The notes beneath the pieces are model-generated. The model worked only from the letters and a program-made list of their open reading frames with translations, did no database searches and was not told the origin of the DNA. Both the position numbers and the translations under genes were made by a program. Shown here piece by piece: positions 35,281 to 49,400 of a stretch of DNA of 64,000 nucleotides (positions are counted from its first letter, which is position 1; each line of letters opens with the position of its first letter). Source of the DNA: Tubulanus polymorphus (taxonomy: Eukaryota > Animalia > Nemertea); contig NC_134033.1 of assembly GCF_964204645.1 (NCBI RefSeq), positions 14,640,655-14,704,654 on the forward strand, written 5' to 3'.

Positions 35281-35487
35281 ATATCCTAGTGCACACTAGC
35301 GACACCGGGTGGATCCTCACTTGCTACAAGTGGAACTATCCACTGGCACCGAAGTCGATATCCTACTGCACACTAGCGACACCGGGTGGATCCTCACTTG
35401 CTACAAGTGGAATTATCCACTTGCACCGAAGTCGATATCCTACTGCACACTAGCGACACCGGGTCGATCCTCACTCACCACAAGTAG
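35281..35487. repeat. 77-bp tandem repeat, ~2.7 copies
   Basis: Units start at 35281, 35358 and 35435 (atatccta.tgcacactagcgacaccgggt.gatcctcact...). Confidence 0.9.
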
Positions 35488-35654
35488 AATCCTAGATCGC
35501 CGCTGTTGTTGCAAGCTCTCCATTTTCCGGAACCTTCCCGAATCAGACCATACTTTCTGCGAAGAACGACGTTGATTATTCAAACAATAATTCCTTTAAA
35601 GAATGGAATAGCACGTTAGCGTTTACACCTAAACGAACCCCAACGATTTATTCT

Positions 35655-35802
35655 AATAATAATTAATGATAATTGATGACAATAATTCATCATCTAAAAG
35701 CGCTTAGAATTAAGACAATCTCAAAGCTCTTTACAAAATACGTATTTCTTATTTCAAACAGTGACTAATCATAAAAACTCTTTGAACAAAAATGTCTTAA
35801 AA
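35655..35802 (-). mobile_element. L2/CR1-like LINE 3' end remnant
   Basis: (aat)-like tail, then aaaagcgct...ctcaaagctctttaca...gaacaaaaatgtctt, the antisense signature of L2-type 3' ends. Confidence 0.4.
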
Positions 35803-38800
35803 GACCCCACCGATTGTCTGCACGGTTTATGGTCGAAGGCGTGTATAAGACAATGAGTTATAAGTATGCTCGGTCATGATATAATCTACGTACGATATCA
35901 TCGCGCGGCATGTCTACCTCACATAAACACTAATCTGAGTCAATCACGGCTAATACCGCATCGCTCTATTATCTAATTGAGATCGTGAACCGTTTTCTGT
36001 GACGCCGCATTCGCGCGCTTCTATCGAACAGACGAGAGTAACCGCCTCGAATCGGCGTGTCATTAGGTCGGAGCGTGGAGGACTATAAAACGAAGGGTCG
36101 TAAAGCGCGGCGAACGTTCGAAGGATCCACGCGCCTGTCGACGCGTATTGGATCTTAGCTACGCTGAAATCGAAAACCGAGTTTTTTCGAGTATAGCTGT
36201 GAGGAAGGACACGCGCCATATTTGAAGATGTACACATATTTTACGTGGTTCGAATCAATGCGATGATCATTTTAAGTAATACTATTACGTTTTCTAGTTC
36301 ATGGCTTGGAGCACGAACATGATTGAAATAGCCAGCATATACGGCTAAAATCTCGCTTAACTCGAATTAAGCGAAAGTCTGAGTTTAGGAGTAAAAAAAG
36401 ATAATACTTTATGATAATTTCTTGCCCTATTAATGTCAAAACAACAGTTAGACATAAAACAGTACTTAAGAATAAGCTTTGATAAAGATGTGTGTCTTAA
36501 TTTGAGATTTGAATACCTGTCGAAAAATGATTTTGCTTCTGAGCGGCCCGAATCTGACTTTGCAACGTTTACCGCGACGATATCTTTGAGATCATGGACA
36601 AAATCTTCTGTAAATGAAACAGAAGCGAAGCGCCATATTTCCCGACATAACGATTTTAAAACCCACTATACACATAATCTAGAGGATTCGAATCGAATTT
36701 TATTCATCGAGAATTAAAATCTGAATACATGATATTTTGAACTCTCACTAGAGATGATCGTCAGGTGTGACTTGAATTCTGTATATAGCTGTTTTCAAAC
36801 TTACTATCTGTTCTCCACGTCAGAGTGTACGGCCTATTCAACCATTTCTTAATATGTTTGATTCATACACTGCTAGGCCTGGTTGGTTATCAATGCTCAT
36901 CAAATATATGAAAACTTGGACAATATTTAGATGTTCTTATCGGTGCGTGAGCATCAACTCATTTCAATCGCATGAATAGAAGTTCCGCATTTTTAAAGTT
37001 AATCTTACGGACAATCATACTCATAATCATCACCCGCAATTGAAATACGTAGACTGCATTTAGAATGTCAATAGTTCCTTATTGAGACCATTTCTATAGT
37101 TATTTCCAATTGAAATATGTGATCAATTTAAGTGATCATTTTGTCGTTTTTTAATTTGAATCGACGGAATTCTTTAATACGAATTCATCGAAATATCAAT
37201 GATTCGCTTATATTCGAGTGCGGATTCGTCGCTCGCTCGCTCGTCGGTCGGTCACGTGACGGCATCGTATGGCATACAGCGCCGCTTAACGACATTAACG
37301 TTAATTAAATCAGGACGCTTATCCAAGCAAAAAACGTTCCAAGATTGGTGATGTTTATTGCCGGGTGTACGGAGTCGACTTCACTGAATTATCGCCGAGT
37401 GATTATTAGATTAAGCGTTAATTTATTTATTGTCGACGAGCGAATCTAATTATGAAGGCAGTCGTCTGCGTCAACGGTCGAAATCGAATTTAGCGAAAAA
37501 CACGTAAATAAAGATGACGCCCATATCTCTACGACTTAAGTGATATTCTGACCGGGGCATCGCACTGGATACCGCATCGGTTTTAAATTGATTAATGCGA
37601 CTTGAAACGATATGGGTGAATTTGTGTGTAGAGCACTGACTTATATTTTGGGAAGAGTTTTTTTTTTTAAGACACGTGTAGGCCTACGTAGTCTTATCGT
37701 GTATAGAATGCATTTGAAATAATATTGTTGATGGAAAACTCTGAGCCCGTGCGTTGTAACAATGATATAGAAAATCCCATACTTATAGAAAAAATACAGA
37801 GTTCGAAAAGGTTGCTTTTTAGCCCCGTACGAATTTCCAATTACACACCCACAGGCTTACTACATCAACAATCCTCTTCAGTCGATGACCAGCACCCAAC
37901 TACAATTTAGAACTGTAAATTTCACTTTATTTTTGGTACATATCGGAAAGACGGGGTTGAACAACCCGCGCAAAGTCTTCGACACGAATTTTGTTCTCAA
38001 CAATGTTCTTGACAACGAATACTTGACTCATAAATTCAGATTTGAAAATGCTATGTAAGTTAAGGCTACATTCAGTAAATAACTATAGTGTTACATTTGA
38101 GTTAACGGTTTATTTTTCGAGACGTCAACTTCAGGAATACCAAATTTACAGCAACAAATTTATGAAATATTTATACAATCCAGAACCTACAGACTAATCA
38201 CAATATTTTTTAGATGTGTGTTTAGATTTTTAGCATTCAATCGAGCAAATAATTTTCGATCTCAAATCTTCTTTGTTTAACCGACCCGGGCCAGATTCGG
38301 ATTCTGGAAACGGTTGCTAACAAGATACGAATTCTCTATGCGCGACCCGTTTTTCCCATGCAACAACACGAACTTGTCCATTGTAAAAAAGAACCCAGAA
38401 ATCAAACATCTCGTTTTCCCGATTGACACGAGTGATATTTTTGTTGTTGACTTCGCGTTTTCAAAGGCGTTAATAACCGTTATTAGCTCCGGTAAGATTC
38501 GTCGACGATAAGGCCGTGTTTCACCCCTCGGGTGTCGGTCCTAATCACTATCACCTAGTCAGTTGATTTTGGCGTGTAATTCCTACAATAATGCCATTAT
38601 CAAGCCGAATAGCGGTCGCCTTTTCGACCGTATCGTATTTCGAGCCCGCGGGCGCTGGGTCTAGCTTAACTCGGCGGTGTTCGCGATAATTTAATCACTT
38701 TGCGCTCTGTTTATTTGGTAGATGTTTAATCCCGTATTGTTCTGTTGTCGCCGTATCGGCAATTAAAGCAATCTTTTTAAGAGTTTATAACAACGCGGTT

Positions 38801-39013
38801 CGTTACCGCTCGAAAACCTGTCTATTTAATACACGATTTCTGATTTCATCCAGAGAATCTTTCACTGTTATTAGTTCAAAGATCAGCTCTTCGCTTTGAT
38901 ATAAAACCCAACAGTAAGAAAGTAAAAAAGGTAAAAGATATAATCGAAACGTTGAATAAACTACTAGCTCAAGGAATACACTATTTCTGAAGATGACTCC
39001 TAGGATAAAGTCG

Positions 39014-39178
39014 ATATATGATATGATATGATATGATATGATATGATATGATATGATATGATATGATATGATATGATATGATATGATATGATATGATATG
39101 ATATGATATGATATGATATGATATGATATGATATGATATGATATATGATATGATATGATATGACATGATATGATATGA
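39014..39178. repeat. (ATATG)n pentanucleotide microsatellite
   Basis: More than 30 near-perfect ATATG units; source of the SYHII ORFs. Confidence 0.98.
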
Positions 39179-40679
39179 TTTTTAAGAAAAAACCCATGAT
39201 TTATCGAATCAAAAAATATTAAATCAAAAGACACGAAGTTTCGATCTCACCTAGAAGAGGATTTTTAGGGTGCGATCGAAAAATGACAAATTAACAAATA
39301 ATTTAGCGCGCTATTACATATCGTTTTTTTTCATGGGGAACCGATGAAAAATAAACAGATGTGAGAGTTTCGATTTCTCCGGGGATTTGAAGAGCAAAAT
39401 GGCGCATCTGTGCGACTGGTCATTTTCTTATCAGTTCATCTCCGAACCGATTATACTTAGAGTCGATTTTATCTCGATACGATATCTACGAAGGGTCTAT
39501 AAAGGGTCAGTCGCCTTCGGTGGTGTCGAAATTAGTAGAAAACTCGCTTGTTATCGAACGCGTTGTGTCTTAAACAGTCGGATGACGATCGAAGAGATTT
39601 TTATCACTTCGGACAAAGGCGTTAAATAGGCAACTGGTGACCGGCGTGGAGAGAAGGCGCATCCCCCGCTGATTTTAAATATAAAGATCGGCGCGAAATT
39701 ACGACGAATTGATTACAACTCGTCGAAAGATTAAAAGCTGATCGGACGAAACGCGTCGAGGATTAGGGATCTAAATGATTATAGCCTTTTCTGATAGGGT
39801 TTTACGTATGACGGCATTTCAAAACGAATTTCAAGAAAATAGGATTAGATTTAGTGATGATAACGGTTAACGAGATCATTTTAAACGATGTTATCTGTTA
39901 ACAAAGAAACATCGTCACAATTAGACGAATATCATTACACTATGATCCGTAAGGTAGATAAGCGAAAAGGTCCCGCAATAGAATTTCGTGCGGCAAAACT
40001 TATCAAAATTAAACCGCAAAATTTCAGCCGTTGACTAACATTTCAGCTTATGATGGCTGTCAGTCAACCGCTGAAATGTTGCGGTTTCATTTTGATAATA
40101 TTATCCATCTAAAATATATGATTATCTATCGTATAAAAGTCTATTGTGGGAATTTTCCATTCATCGTCACAATATTGTCTAATTTCTCGTTCAGGAGGCT
40201 GGTAATGTTTAATTTCTCATTTGCCATACAGGATACAGTTGTATCAATAATGAGAACCATAATATATTATATTAGGCCTATATGAGGACTCATTTTCGAG
40301 CTTATGATAAGCAGGCAGGCTGCACCCAGTTCGAAAATGTCAATCTTTAAATAGTTTGAAGTGATAATCATTGATAGTGATAATTCAATCCACAGGATGT
40401 ACGTTGGTAGTTGCTATACACACGAATGAATTACAGTTTATGGGGATAAATGATGCATATATGAAAGTTTGCCAAATCCACAAATGATTTATAAAACATG
40501 TTTATATATTGATAAATTTGATGAATACATAATCATCATGATTATCATTTTCACTATTATGGACTTAAACGTCAATTCCACGGAAGATAATTAAACGCAT
40601 AAATTCAAAATAAAGTATATTGAACTGTGTTGCTTATCTGAGGTCGGTACAGGTCACTAAAATAGGTACACGCCCAAAA

Positions 40680-40775
40680 CCGGACAGAGCTCCTCCAGAC
40701 AAAACTCCTCCACCATTTCTCCTCATGGACTCGACATAACTCCTCCAGTTTTGTCAGGAGGAGTTCTGTCCGGAT
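40680..40775. mobile_element. Small MITE-like inverted repeat with actcctcc subterminal repeats
   Basis: ccggacagagctcctcc ... ggaggagttctgtcccgg. Confidence 0.5.
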
Positions 40776-43302
40776 TCACTAGAATATGCCAGGTTTGAAA
40801 ATGTACAAGACCTGCGATGAATTCGATAGCATATCAGTGCAGCGGAATTAGGCACAACTGATTGATTGATTTATTTACATAGAACAATATACAACACAAA
40901 TACAAGATTAAACATTTCTACATGCGCACTACCATAAACAACAAATTAATTGCAAAAAAGAAAAAAAAATGAAATAATAGTTTATGTGAATTGTTAACAT
41001 AATGAAGATGTACTGGGCAGTCGCGTTCTGAGAAAAAATGTCATTAATTCCCGGCCGCAAAACTGTTGATCATCGTAATGAACTGAGATTCTTCGGAGAA
41101 AGTGAATTCATTTCCTGGGTCAAAGTCGTCATAGACTGCACCGCGATGAACGGGGTCGTAATCCCGCGCATATTGTGCGTCATTGAAAGGTGTTTGCTTT
41201 GATACGATTATTAATCAAATATAATGTATTTTTCCGACTGCTAATGGCGCTCTGAGACGACGCCATTGTGAAGTTAAGTCGGTAAAGATTTGTTCGCTTT
41301 TGTAATTTACTAATAGATATTGCGGCCGCATTGGAACCAGCCGTGGACAAAAAACTGACTGAGAACAAATCGGTCAAAATGGTTGATATCATCCGGACTG
41401 ACCCCGTCATATTTTTGTGTAACTTCTTTTTAAAGTCCAGTCGGAATTTCTCAATTTTCTCTTTTCAATGGAAGAAAATTGGAATTGTCGACCCCAATTT
41501 TCCGCGATAGAATCAGACATTTCGCGACGCATTCTGAACAAATTATAAACCCGTGTTAACACGCAGTCTAGACGCCAGTCTCTGGTATAGGAATCGCTTT
41601 ATCGGCCTCTCTCAAACCATCGTTTCAATTGATTATGTCGTCGAGTTCATTTTCTAATTTCGGCGTCACAAAATAACGCATTCTGAACTGATTACGGTAA
41701 CCTGCGAAAAGTGTCGCCATCGCTGGTCGAAATCTTGTAAAACGTCGCCGGTTTTGCGCGCGATTTTGTCAGTTAAATTACCCCGTTCCATCAGACTCTA
41801 TTCAGCAGCGCGTACTCTTTGTAACGATTGACTTTTTGGCTCTTGGCGCGGTGGGTGTTTCGGCCGACAATACGCCCTACGAGATCCGGCTAAAAAGTCA
41901 AGAATTCCCGGTAATTTGTCAACGCTAAAACTTGTTATTAGCGCACAAAAGCCGCTATACAAATCGGGCGCGTTATTTTTCTCGTTTTTTTTGTGAGAGA
42001 CTATTACGATTTGAATATGATAGCCGGGCGAGTGGTTGTATCGGGCCGGCTATCGAAGCATCGAGTCTACGCGTTGACTCCGCTCTCTCAGAGACGTACG
42101 GTGGATATTCGTTCAGCGTAACGGCTGTCGGGGCTTTAATGTAATGAACGCGTCGCCGTGTATAGAAAGAAGCGAATCCCGCGGGCAATAGGCGGAACCT
42201 GACTGGCGAACAACAATATTTGTTCGACTAATCTAACCGAATAAAGGCTTTATAAAGAGACCTGCCATAGACTGAGAGTCGCGCAGACGCACGCCACTCT
42301 AAACGCCGGCTCAGTCCTTCTTTTTACTTAATTAATATCTGATATTGTGTATATGAATGACTAGCGACTCATTCGGTCGTAATAATCCCGCTATTATATA
42401 CCGATGACTTTTTATGGACTGAAGAAAAACGAGAACAAACCCGCGCACTGGCAAGCGAGTGAGCCGGTCGTATTCTTTTCTCTTGTCGTTCAATGCTGGA
42501 TGATCACGTAATAAAACTTCATCTAACAATAGCGATTGACCATTTTTATTTATTTGATTGGTGGATTTTGTTTGATTTTTTTTATCTGGTGTCCCTACCA
42601 CGCCAATTCAATTCAATTCGATCTTTATTGAAGATATTATAATTTCGAAATATAACATTATAGTAATACGTCAACAAAGGTGTATTTTATGAGACACGAA
42701 ATAGAAATAGGTACTAAAAGATTGAGAAAAGATTCTGCCGGGAACGAAACATGGGATTTGACTTTGAAATTTTGGAATCTAAGTACAGAGTTGTGTGATC
42801 GGCGGTCGAGTTAACTGATTTTTTTTTTGTTGTATAATCGAAACATTTCGCTACACAGTCATGCGATCACCAAGTCTATCTAACTCATAATTGTAGATCT
42901 GGACTGATCAGATTTTGGGGAGGAGCCGATTCAGTGCCCATCATTAGAGGATGTGTGACTCATTAACGACTCCATAAAGCACTTTGCTCTATTTAGCGCT
43001 AGTCCTTATAATTGTATTCTACAATTTTACAGTCTCTCAATTGTAATTCTTCTGATTAACTCATTCGACTTGATAATTTGAACTTAAGAAAGTACATTTT
43101 CAAACACTCGAGGTCACTCTTTACAGCCTTTTTAAAATTGAGAGCATATGTTGTTTTTTTGTGGTTTTCGGGCCATATTGCGGCACACGGCTATCATTAC
43201 CGTGGGAACTAGCAACGGCCAGCCGCGCTGCAGTACTAACAGACTGCGGCACGTGAGGTCTATCGATGCCGGTCTCTATTGTGGCTTATCTAGTTTCGTC
43301 TG

Positions 43303-43390
43303 CTCTCCTTCTCTCTCCCCATCCCTCCCTTTCTCCCCTTCTCTCTCTCTCCTCTCTTTCTCTCCCATCTCTCTCTCTCTCTCTCTGCCT
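43303..43390. repeat. CT-rich polypyrimidine tract
   Basis: About 85 nt almost entirely C/T. Confidence 0.8.
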
Positions 43391-43793
43391 CATACTTATC
43401 CGTCGATCCATTTTGTAAATGAAATTTTGTGTGTTGTGTCAATTAGACCGATTATTTTCAGCGCGACTTCTGAGTGAAGTTTTAATAAGTCTTTTTCATC
43501 CCGCGATTAGCTGGCAGTAAATCATCTAAAAATCCAATCGTTTTACAAGCATACTCATAAACACAGGAAATTCATGTAAATTCAATTATGTACATGTTTT
43601 AGCACCTAGATGTGTATTTATCACCTTTACGAATTACGTAGGTTGAAGCTTTCTAACACCTGGAATCTAATGCGCAGAAGATATTCAAAATGTCGAAGTG
43701 AAAAGTGTCTGAAATCCTATATATTCATGATTAATAAACAAAAATGATTCTTTTTTTACGTATCTTGAAATAGAGAATTATCCCTCTCATGCA

Positions 43794-43794
<1 letters not shown>

Positions 43795-43840
<46 letters not shown>
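43795..43840. repeat. (GATT)n tetranucleotide microsatellite
   Basis: About 11 perfect units. Confidence 0.95.
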
Positions 43841-45929
43841 CAGATTTGATACGACCCGTGTCCCTTACAAACCCACCACACACCTGCCGAGGAATATTTC
43901 ATTGTTTTCAATCTAGCAACTCAACCAGATACGTATTTTGCTTTGGCTTGTGTATTGTTTCCTAAAAGACCAACGCACACGACATGGGAAACACCGGAAA
44001 CATGAGACAGAAACATGTTTCCGAGCGTTTCCTTGTATCGTGTGCGTTAAGAGAAACATGGTTTTCGGGAAACATTGTTTCCGAGATAAAAAAATGTCTG
44101 CTTCCGTGCTTCTGTTTTTCCGTGTTTCCGTGCGACGTGTGCGCGCGTTGGGCTTGAGCACGGTGCGATCATTTTCATTTCGGCATCGTTGAGTTTTACT
44201 GTTTTCGTTCAAACCGTCGCCAATAATCAATACGCAGGAAGGGGTGATAGGGGGGGGGGGTGCTTTCATCGTGATCTTACCCCGAACGGGGACGCGCCCG
44301 TCGCCGTTGTTTGTATTCGCGTTCGATTGTTTAGAAGGTTTACGGTCGAACGATGTCTTAAATATTTTTGTATTTGTATTTGTAATTATGGAAGGAGCGA
44401 ATCAGCCTGATTAGATAAAGAGAAAATTGATGTCAATCATTTGGGGGAACTGCAGTTGTGTGCGAGGAAAGCTGCAGCGAATTAGTCAATTCTATTAGCC
44501 TGAGTAATTTCATTAGCTAGTCGTCTTACATTCAGGCGGCGATAGCCCTCTGAGCGCGGCTCAATACAGCCAGGGAAATCTTCACTAGTCGAGCATTTTC
44601 GTGACGAAAAACCGGAACGCTTGCTGGGCATGGTGGACGTTCAGGGTGGATCCAGTGCCGGCAGATTTTGACTTGAACGCAGAAAAAATATAAAGGGCAC
44701 ATACAGTTAAAAAGCGCAGTATCCGCGCTGTGGTCTAAGCATCAGGGCTGGATCCAAAGCCAGAGACTTTATCATGAACGCAATAAAAAGTATAAATGGC
44801 ATACAATGATACAATGGACAGTATCAGCGCATCGGTCTGGAAATTTCAGCGTATTTTGACGTAGTTTCAGGCGCGATGGTGACATTGAAGTGGAGAATCT
44901 GAAAGAACGATTGCCCCGAAAAATGATTCCCTTTTTCTAATGGCAAGGGAATGGGAATTACGACGGGAACGCATACTCAAACTTGGATCCACCTTGACGT
45001 CCTGAAGATGTATATTATTCTCTAGTTACGATGAATCAGACAATTATCCGTTATAAATATTATGTTACTATGTGAATACGTACGGAAACGTATTGATCAT
45101 TATTTAGACTAATATTCACGCGATGATGGCTGTTAGGAAACGCGCCGACGCGGTCTTAACAAACTTTTCAATTTCTGAATTAGTTTTCACGCAGGTTTTT
45201 GTCTTTAATAAAGATGTACGATTCCCAATTAGAGCGATGCGTGTATTTTCATAAGGCCCATGGAAACCAAGAATCGAACAACGGGCTTGTGTTGATAGAT
45301 ATCAGTTTTAACTTCAGCTGCGGGGGTTTTACCTAATTGTATAGTTAAATTTAACCCCCGGGTTTAAGTTAATGCCAATTGCACATTGTTCACCTAGATC
45401 TAAGATTAGTCTAAGACTATCTTAGTTCTATAACCAACAAAAGACAAGGTCTTTAGGTGCTAAGACTACTTTTGGGATCATGGGCAACTGAACTCTGGGT
45501 CTTCTGTTGAAATCTCTTATTTGGTTGGAGTGTATGTTTATTTCATCAATAACAAATTATTGACAAAAATACGGAATATATATAATTAATTTTTGATATG
45601 TTGCCACCCCCGAGTCAAAATGACTGTAACCCAAGGAGGTAAGACCGCCGTGAATTACAAACGTTGTATTGGCAACATTATTAGACGGTTACATTTTCTT
45701 CCAAAACAGAAATACGCCGAACGCTTTAGAATTGAGGCCACGGAAATGTTCCTTCGGGAAGTCTCCACACGACGATCACGTGCTCCAGTTCGACTGAAAA
45801 TTTAATTCCTCATAAAATTTTATCTAAACGAACCCTGAAGATACGTATCACATTGTCTCGCTTTCAAAGACATTCCGCTCTGCGAGGAGAGCGAAAAAAA
45901 ACTCCGGAATGCGGCGACATAAGACGCCG

Positions 45930-46030
45930 GGGTGATTGGTTAAATAGTCGCCAAACAACCTGCGGCAAGCGGCGTCGGTCATCATCGGTTCGATATAAAA
46001 GGCGGACGCGTGATCGCGAAACGAAACGAC
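45930..46030 (+). promoter_or_regulatory. Putative SHOX core promoter (inverted CCAAT + TATA)
   Basis: ATTGG at 45935-45939 and TATAAAA at 45994-46000 in CpG-rich DNA about 415 bp upstream of the ATG. Confidence 0.6.
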
Positions 46031-46410
46031 GGTGATTTGAGCGCAGCCGACATCGATGACAATAGAGCGAATCCTAGATAACGATCGGGAGGCTGGGTTT
46101 ACTGGTTTACTGGTGGCTAGAGCATCCCGTTCACTCGAGCAAGCATAACAGTCACGTCACTCACATGGGACGCCGAAGGCTCACCATTCAACGACCCGAT
46201 TGCGCAGAAAACGAAATCATTATTTCACGATCCTATATCGTACCGAAGTGCGTCGCATTTAAAAACGTTTTGGAAGTGATTACGAAAAATACTCTGTTAA
46301 TCTGTTGAAGATTTTACGCTCGAAAAAATAACCAGAATCTGAAGTAGATACGCGAGGTTTGAATATCGTTCGGTCTGATTTTGTCGCGGGCGCCCGAGAA
46401 CGTCGTCGTT

Positions 46411-49400
46411 ATGGAAGGACTTACGAATTTCGTGTCGAAATCTTTCGAACAGTCGAATTTAGAGATTATCAGACGAGAACGGGACGACGAAAAACGATTA
46501 GATCGCGCCGAATCGACGACACTACTCGACGTTACGGACGGCGACGAATCGAACCGGCGGATCTCCGTCTCACCGGTGTCCGTGCACGAAGAAGAAATCG
46601 ACATAGTCGGCGATATCAATAATAAAGACGATGCGACGGACATTGACGAAAATCTGGCGACGACCTCTGCGGCCGAATCGTTACACGTGCAATTAGGCGT
46701 AGGACTGAAACGAAACCGATCGGTCTCGCCTCCTATAGTGTCCGGTTTAACCGGTGCTACTAGGTGTGTTCCAGATAGTGACGGGTTCTCCCCCGACGAC
46801 TCGCGGTCAAGACACAGCGGTATGTAAATAGAACACAGTAGATTGCTTTAGTTGAACCTTTCATTTTTTTCCCGGTTTTATTCTAACAATTGAAAAAAAG
46901 AGACACCTTCTGCTAAAACATGTCTTAATTCAGGATCTATTCATCTGATTTGGTTGAAAAATTTTTTTCTCCAAATGGGACCCAATTTTGTAGTGAACTT
47001 TTCAATAGAATTAAGAGATAATTCCAACCATATATCTGGGGCCGGTTCCATAGTCATGGCTTAGACTTAAGACCAGTCTAAGACTATCTTAGTTCTATAG
47101 CCTTTTATCAACTTGAGACCAGTCTTAAGATTTAAGATCACTTTCGGACTTAAGTCTCGACTATGAAACCGGCCCCTGAGCCGTATTTCTCTTTAAGAGT
47201 CGCCCTTGTGATGGCTTTTATATCGCGTATCCTTTTTTCACATCAGGCGCAATGATTCACATTTTTTGCCCGATGTTTTAGAAAGCGAACCGAGTCTTAA
47301 TCGAAAAATTTCCCAGGAAAGTTGAGCTCTAGCAAAAATTGGGAAAAAAATATGCCGGAATACAAATTAAACAGTTTCTTTACGTGAATCGGGGTATATT
47401 TTTCTATGTGTCCCACGGCGCGGTGGACACCGTTCACACCGTGTCGACGCAAAAATGCGTGGTCGGACAATGGAATAATTATCGGGCTATGAAGAAGGGA
47501 CGAGTGAGAAATAGACGCCGATGGCGAGTTTGTGCCTTTTATTTGTATATTTGACTTTCACATCTGTTTCACGGTTTTTTGTTTTCGATGATATAGCGCG
47601 TCAGGATGTAACGGGTATACTGTGAACCTTATTTCATCAGTATTAACAGATTAAACAGATTGGAACTAGATACAATTGAATTTGAAAAAGTATATTTTCA
47701 ATTTTTCTTATATTCCGTTTTTAAAGCGATTGAATAAGAAATGGTTTCACGAGAAATTCTTGATTTAAGGCAATACTGATATCAATAGGAAGCTTGTATT
47801 TTCGGAACCGACTTTTTATTCTATATGACAGAGAATCTATACGATTAGGGCGTAATTAACAAACTTAGGGTTATAGAAGAAAAATAGTGCCGGTCTCTGA
47901 CGTTACACATAAAATGGAGGCAGGGAATGTACGAGATTTAATGTGATTGACATAATCATTGAGAGAACTGTGTTGATAATATTCGTCGGTGGTGCAGGTT
48001 CTATATGAATGAAGACGAGTAGAAGAGGTAAAGAGATAGTAAAATAACCACAATGAAACACGGACAACAGATAATAAGATAAACAAAACTCCGCTGTATA
48101 CAGATGAACAGATTTAAAATCGAGAATTTTTTCGATTAAAGAATTAATCGAAAAAAGATGCGAAGTTTTGATCTCACGCTAAAGATCATCGTCGTAGTAA
48201 GATGAATCATTTTTTCACATCTGACGATGATCTCTAGCGTGAGACCGAATCCTAGTGTCTTTTTAATCAATTTTCGATCGAATTCATTCTCGATTTTAAA
48301 AAATATTTGATATGTGTATATTTTCGGTTTTATCGAATTAAAGAGATATTTGCATGGTAGCACGGATTTAACCATATTCAGAATATTCGCCGATAATATT
48401 TCATTTTCAACAACTGTAGTAACAGTTGAAATTTGAATAAGTCAATTTTCAATTCTTGTCCATTTTCAAATTAAAATCGAGTTACTGTTGAATTTCGATA
48501 AATAATTTGATTTAAGTCAGTACCGTATTCTTAAAATGTACGTCTACTTATTTTCAATTCTTTAAATAGTTAGATGAATTAATTGATCGCTTTAATATTG
48601 TTTCTGACACGTTTGAGAACGCTGGCGGTGGCTGAGTTCTCAATTTCAACAACAACGATAACCGCCCAACCGGAGTGGAACCCGGAATGGAATCCGGAGT
48701 GGAACCCAGAGTAGTTGAGGCTGTGACCCGAACGCCTCATCAATACATATACATTGTCTGTCATCTACGCGATCGCCTTGCGCCCGAAACCATTGTCAAA
48801 TCGTGTTTAGTAACACGATTATAGGAGTCCCGATAGCAGTGCTTAATGCTTATATAAATCGACGCTCCACGGCGAGCTAGTCGACCCCCTTACTGATTGA
48901 TAGCTTCGCCTAAAACCCACTGGAATTATTAATAAAACGTCACCAATGATTAGGAACCTATCGCGACCGTCTTATAGATGCGGGCAATTGTTTGCGGATT
49001 TGTCTACTTGAATAAGGATGAAATTATTCGCCAAACTAAAGCGAACCAATTGAAAATTGAATTGCCCAAATGAAAATTGAATCTAGCCGATTCGTTTAGC
49101 GCATGTAACTGAACGACACAAACCGCGTTATTGATGCTCGATTGATGTCGGTATTCCGTTATCATTTTTCCGCGCGCGCGCGCTTGTCTCCGGTAAAAAG
49201 CGATCTTACCGCGGCCGATTGAAATATGGTTTTCTATTCTTTGTTTGCAGGCGGCGGTCGTCGAATCGCGCCGGCGAAGATCATGTCAAATTTGTCTAAA
49301 AAATACGATCGTGAAAAATTGGCAGCGACGACCGTGAACAATTCTATGAACGGGATCTCGATTCGTGGTTTTATGAATTGGGCCGTCGAGTTCGTGTATA

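Noticed and set aside
38803-39234. SYHII-repeat ORFs
   Set aside because: Artefacts of the (ATATG)n microsatellite.
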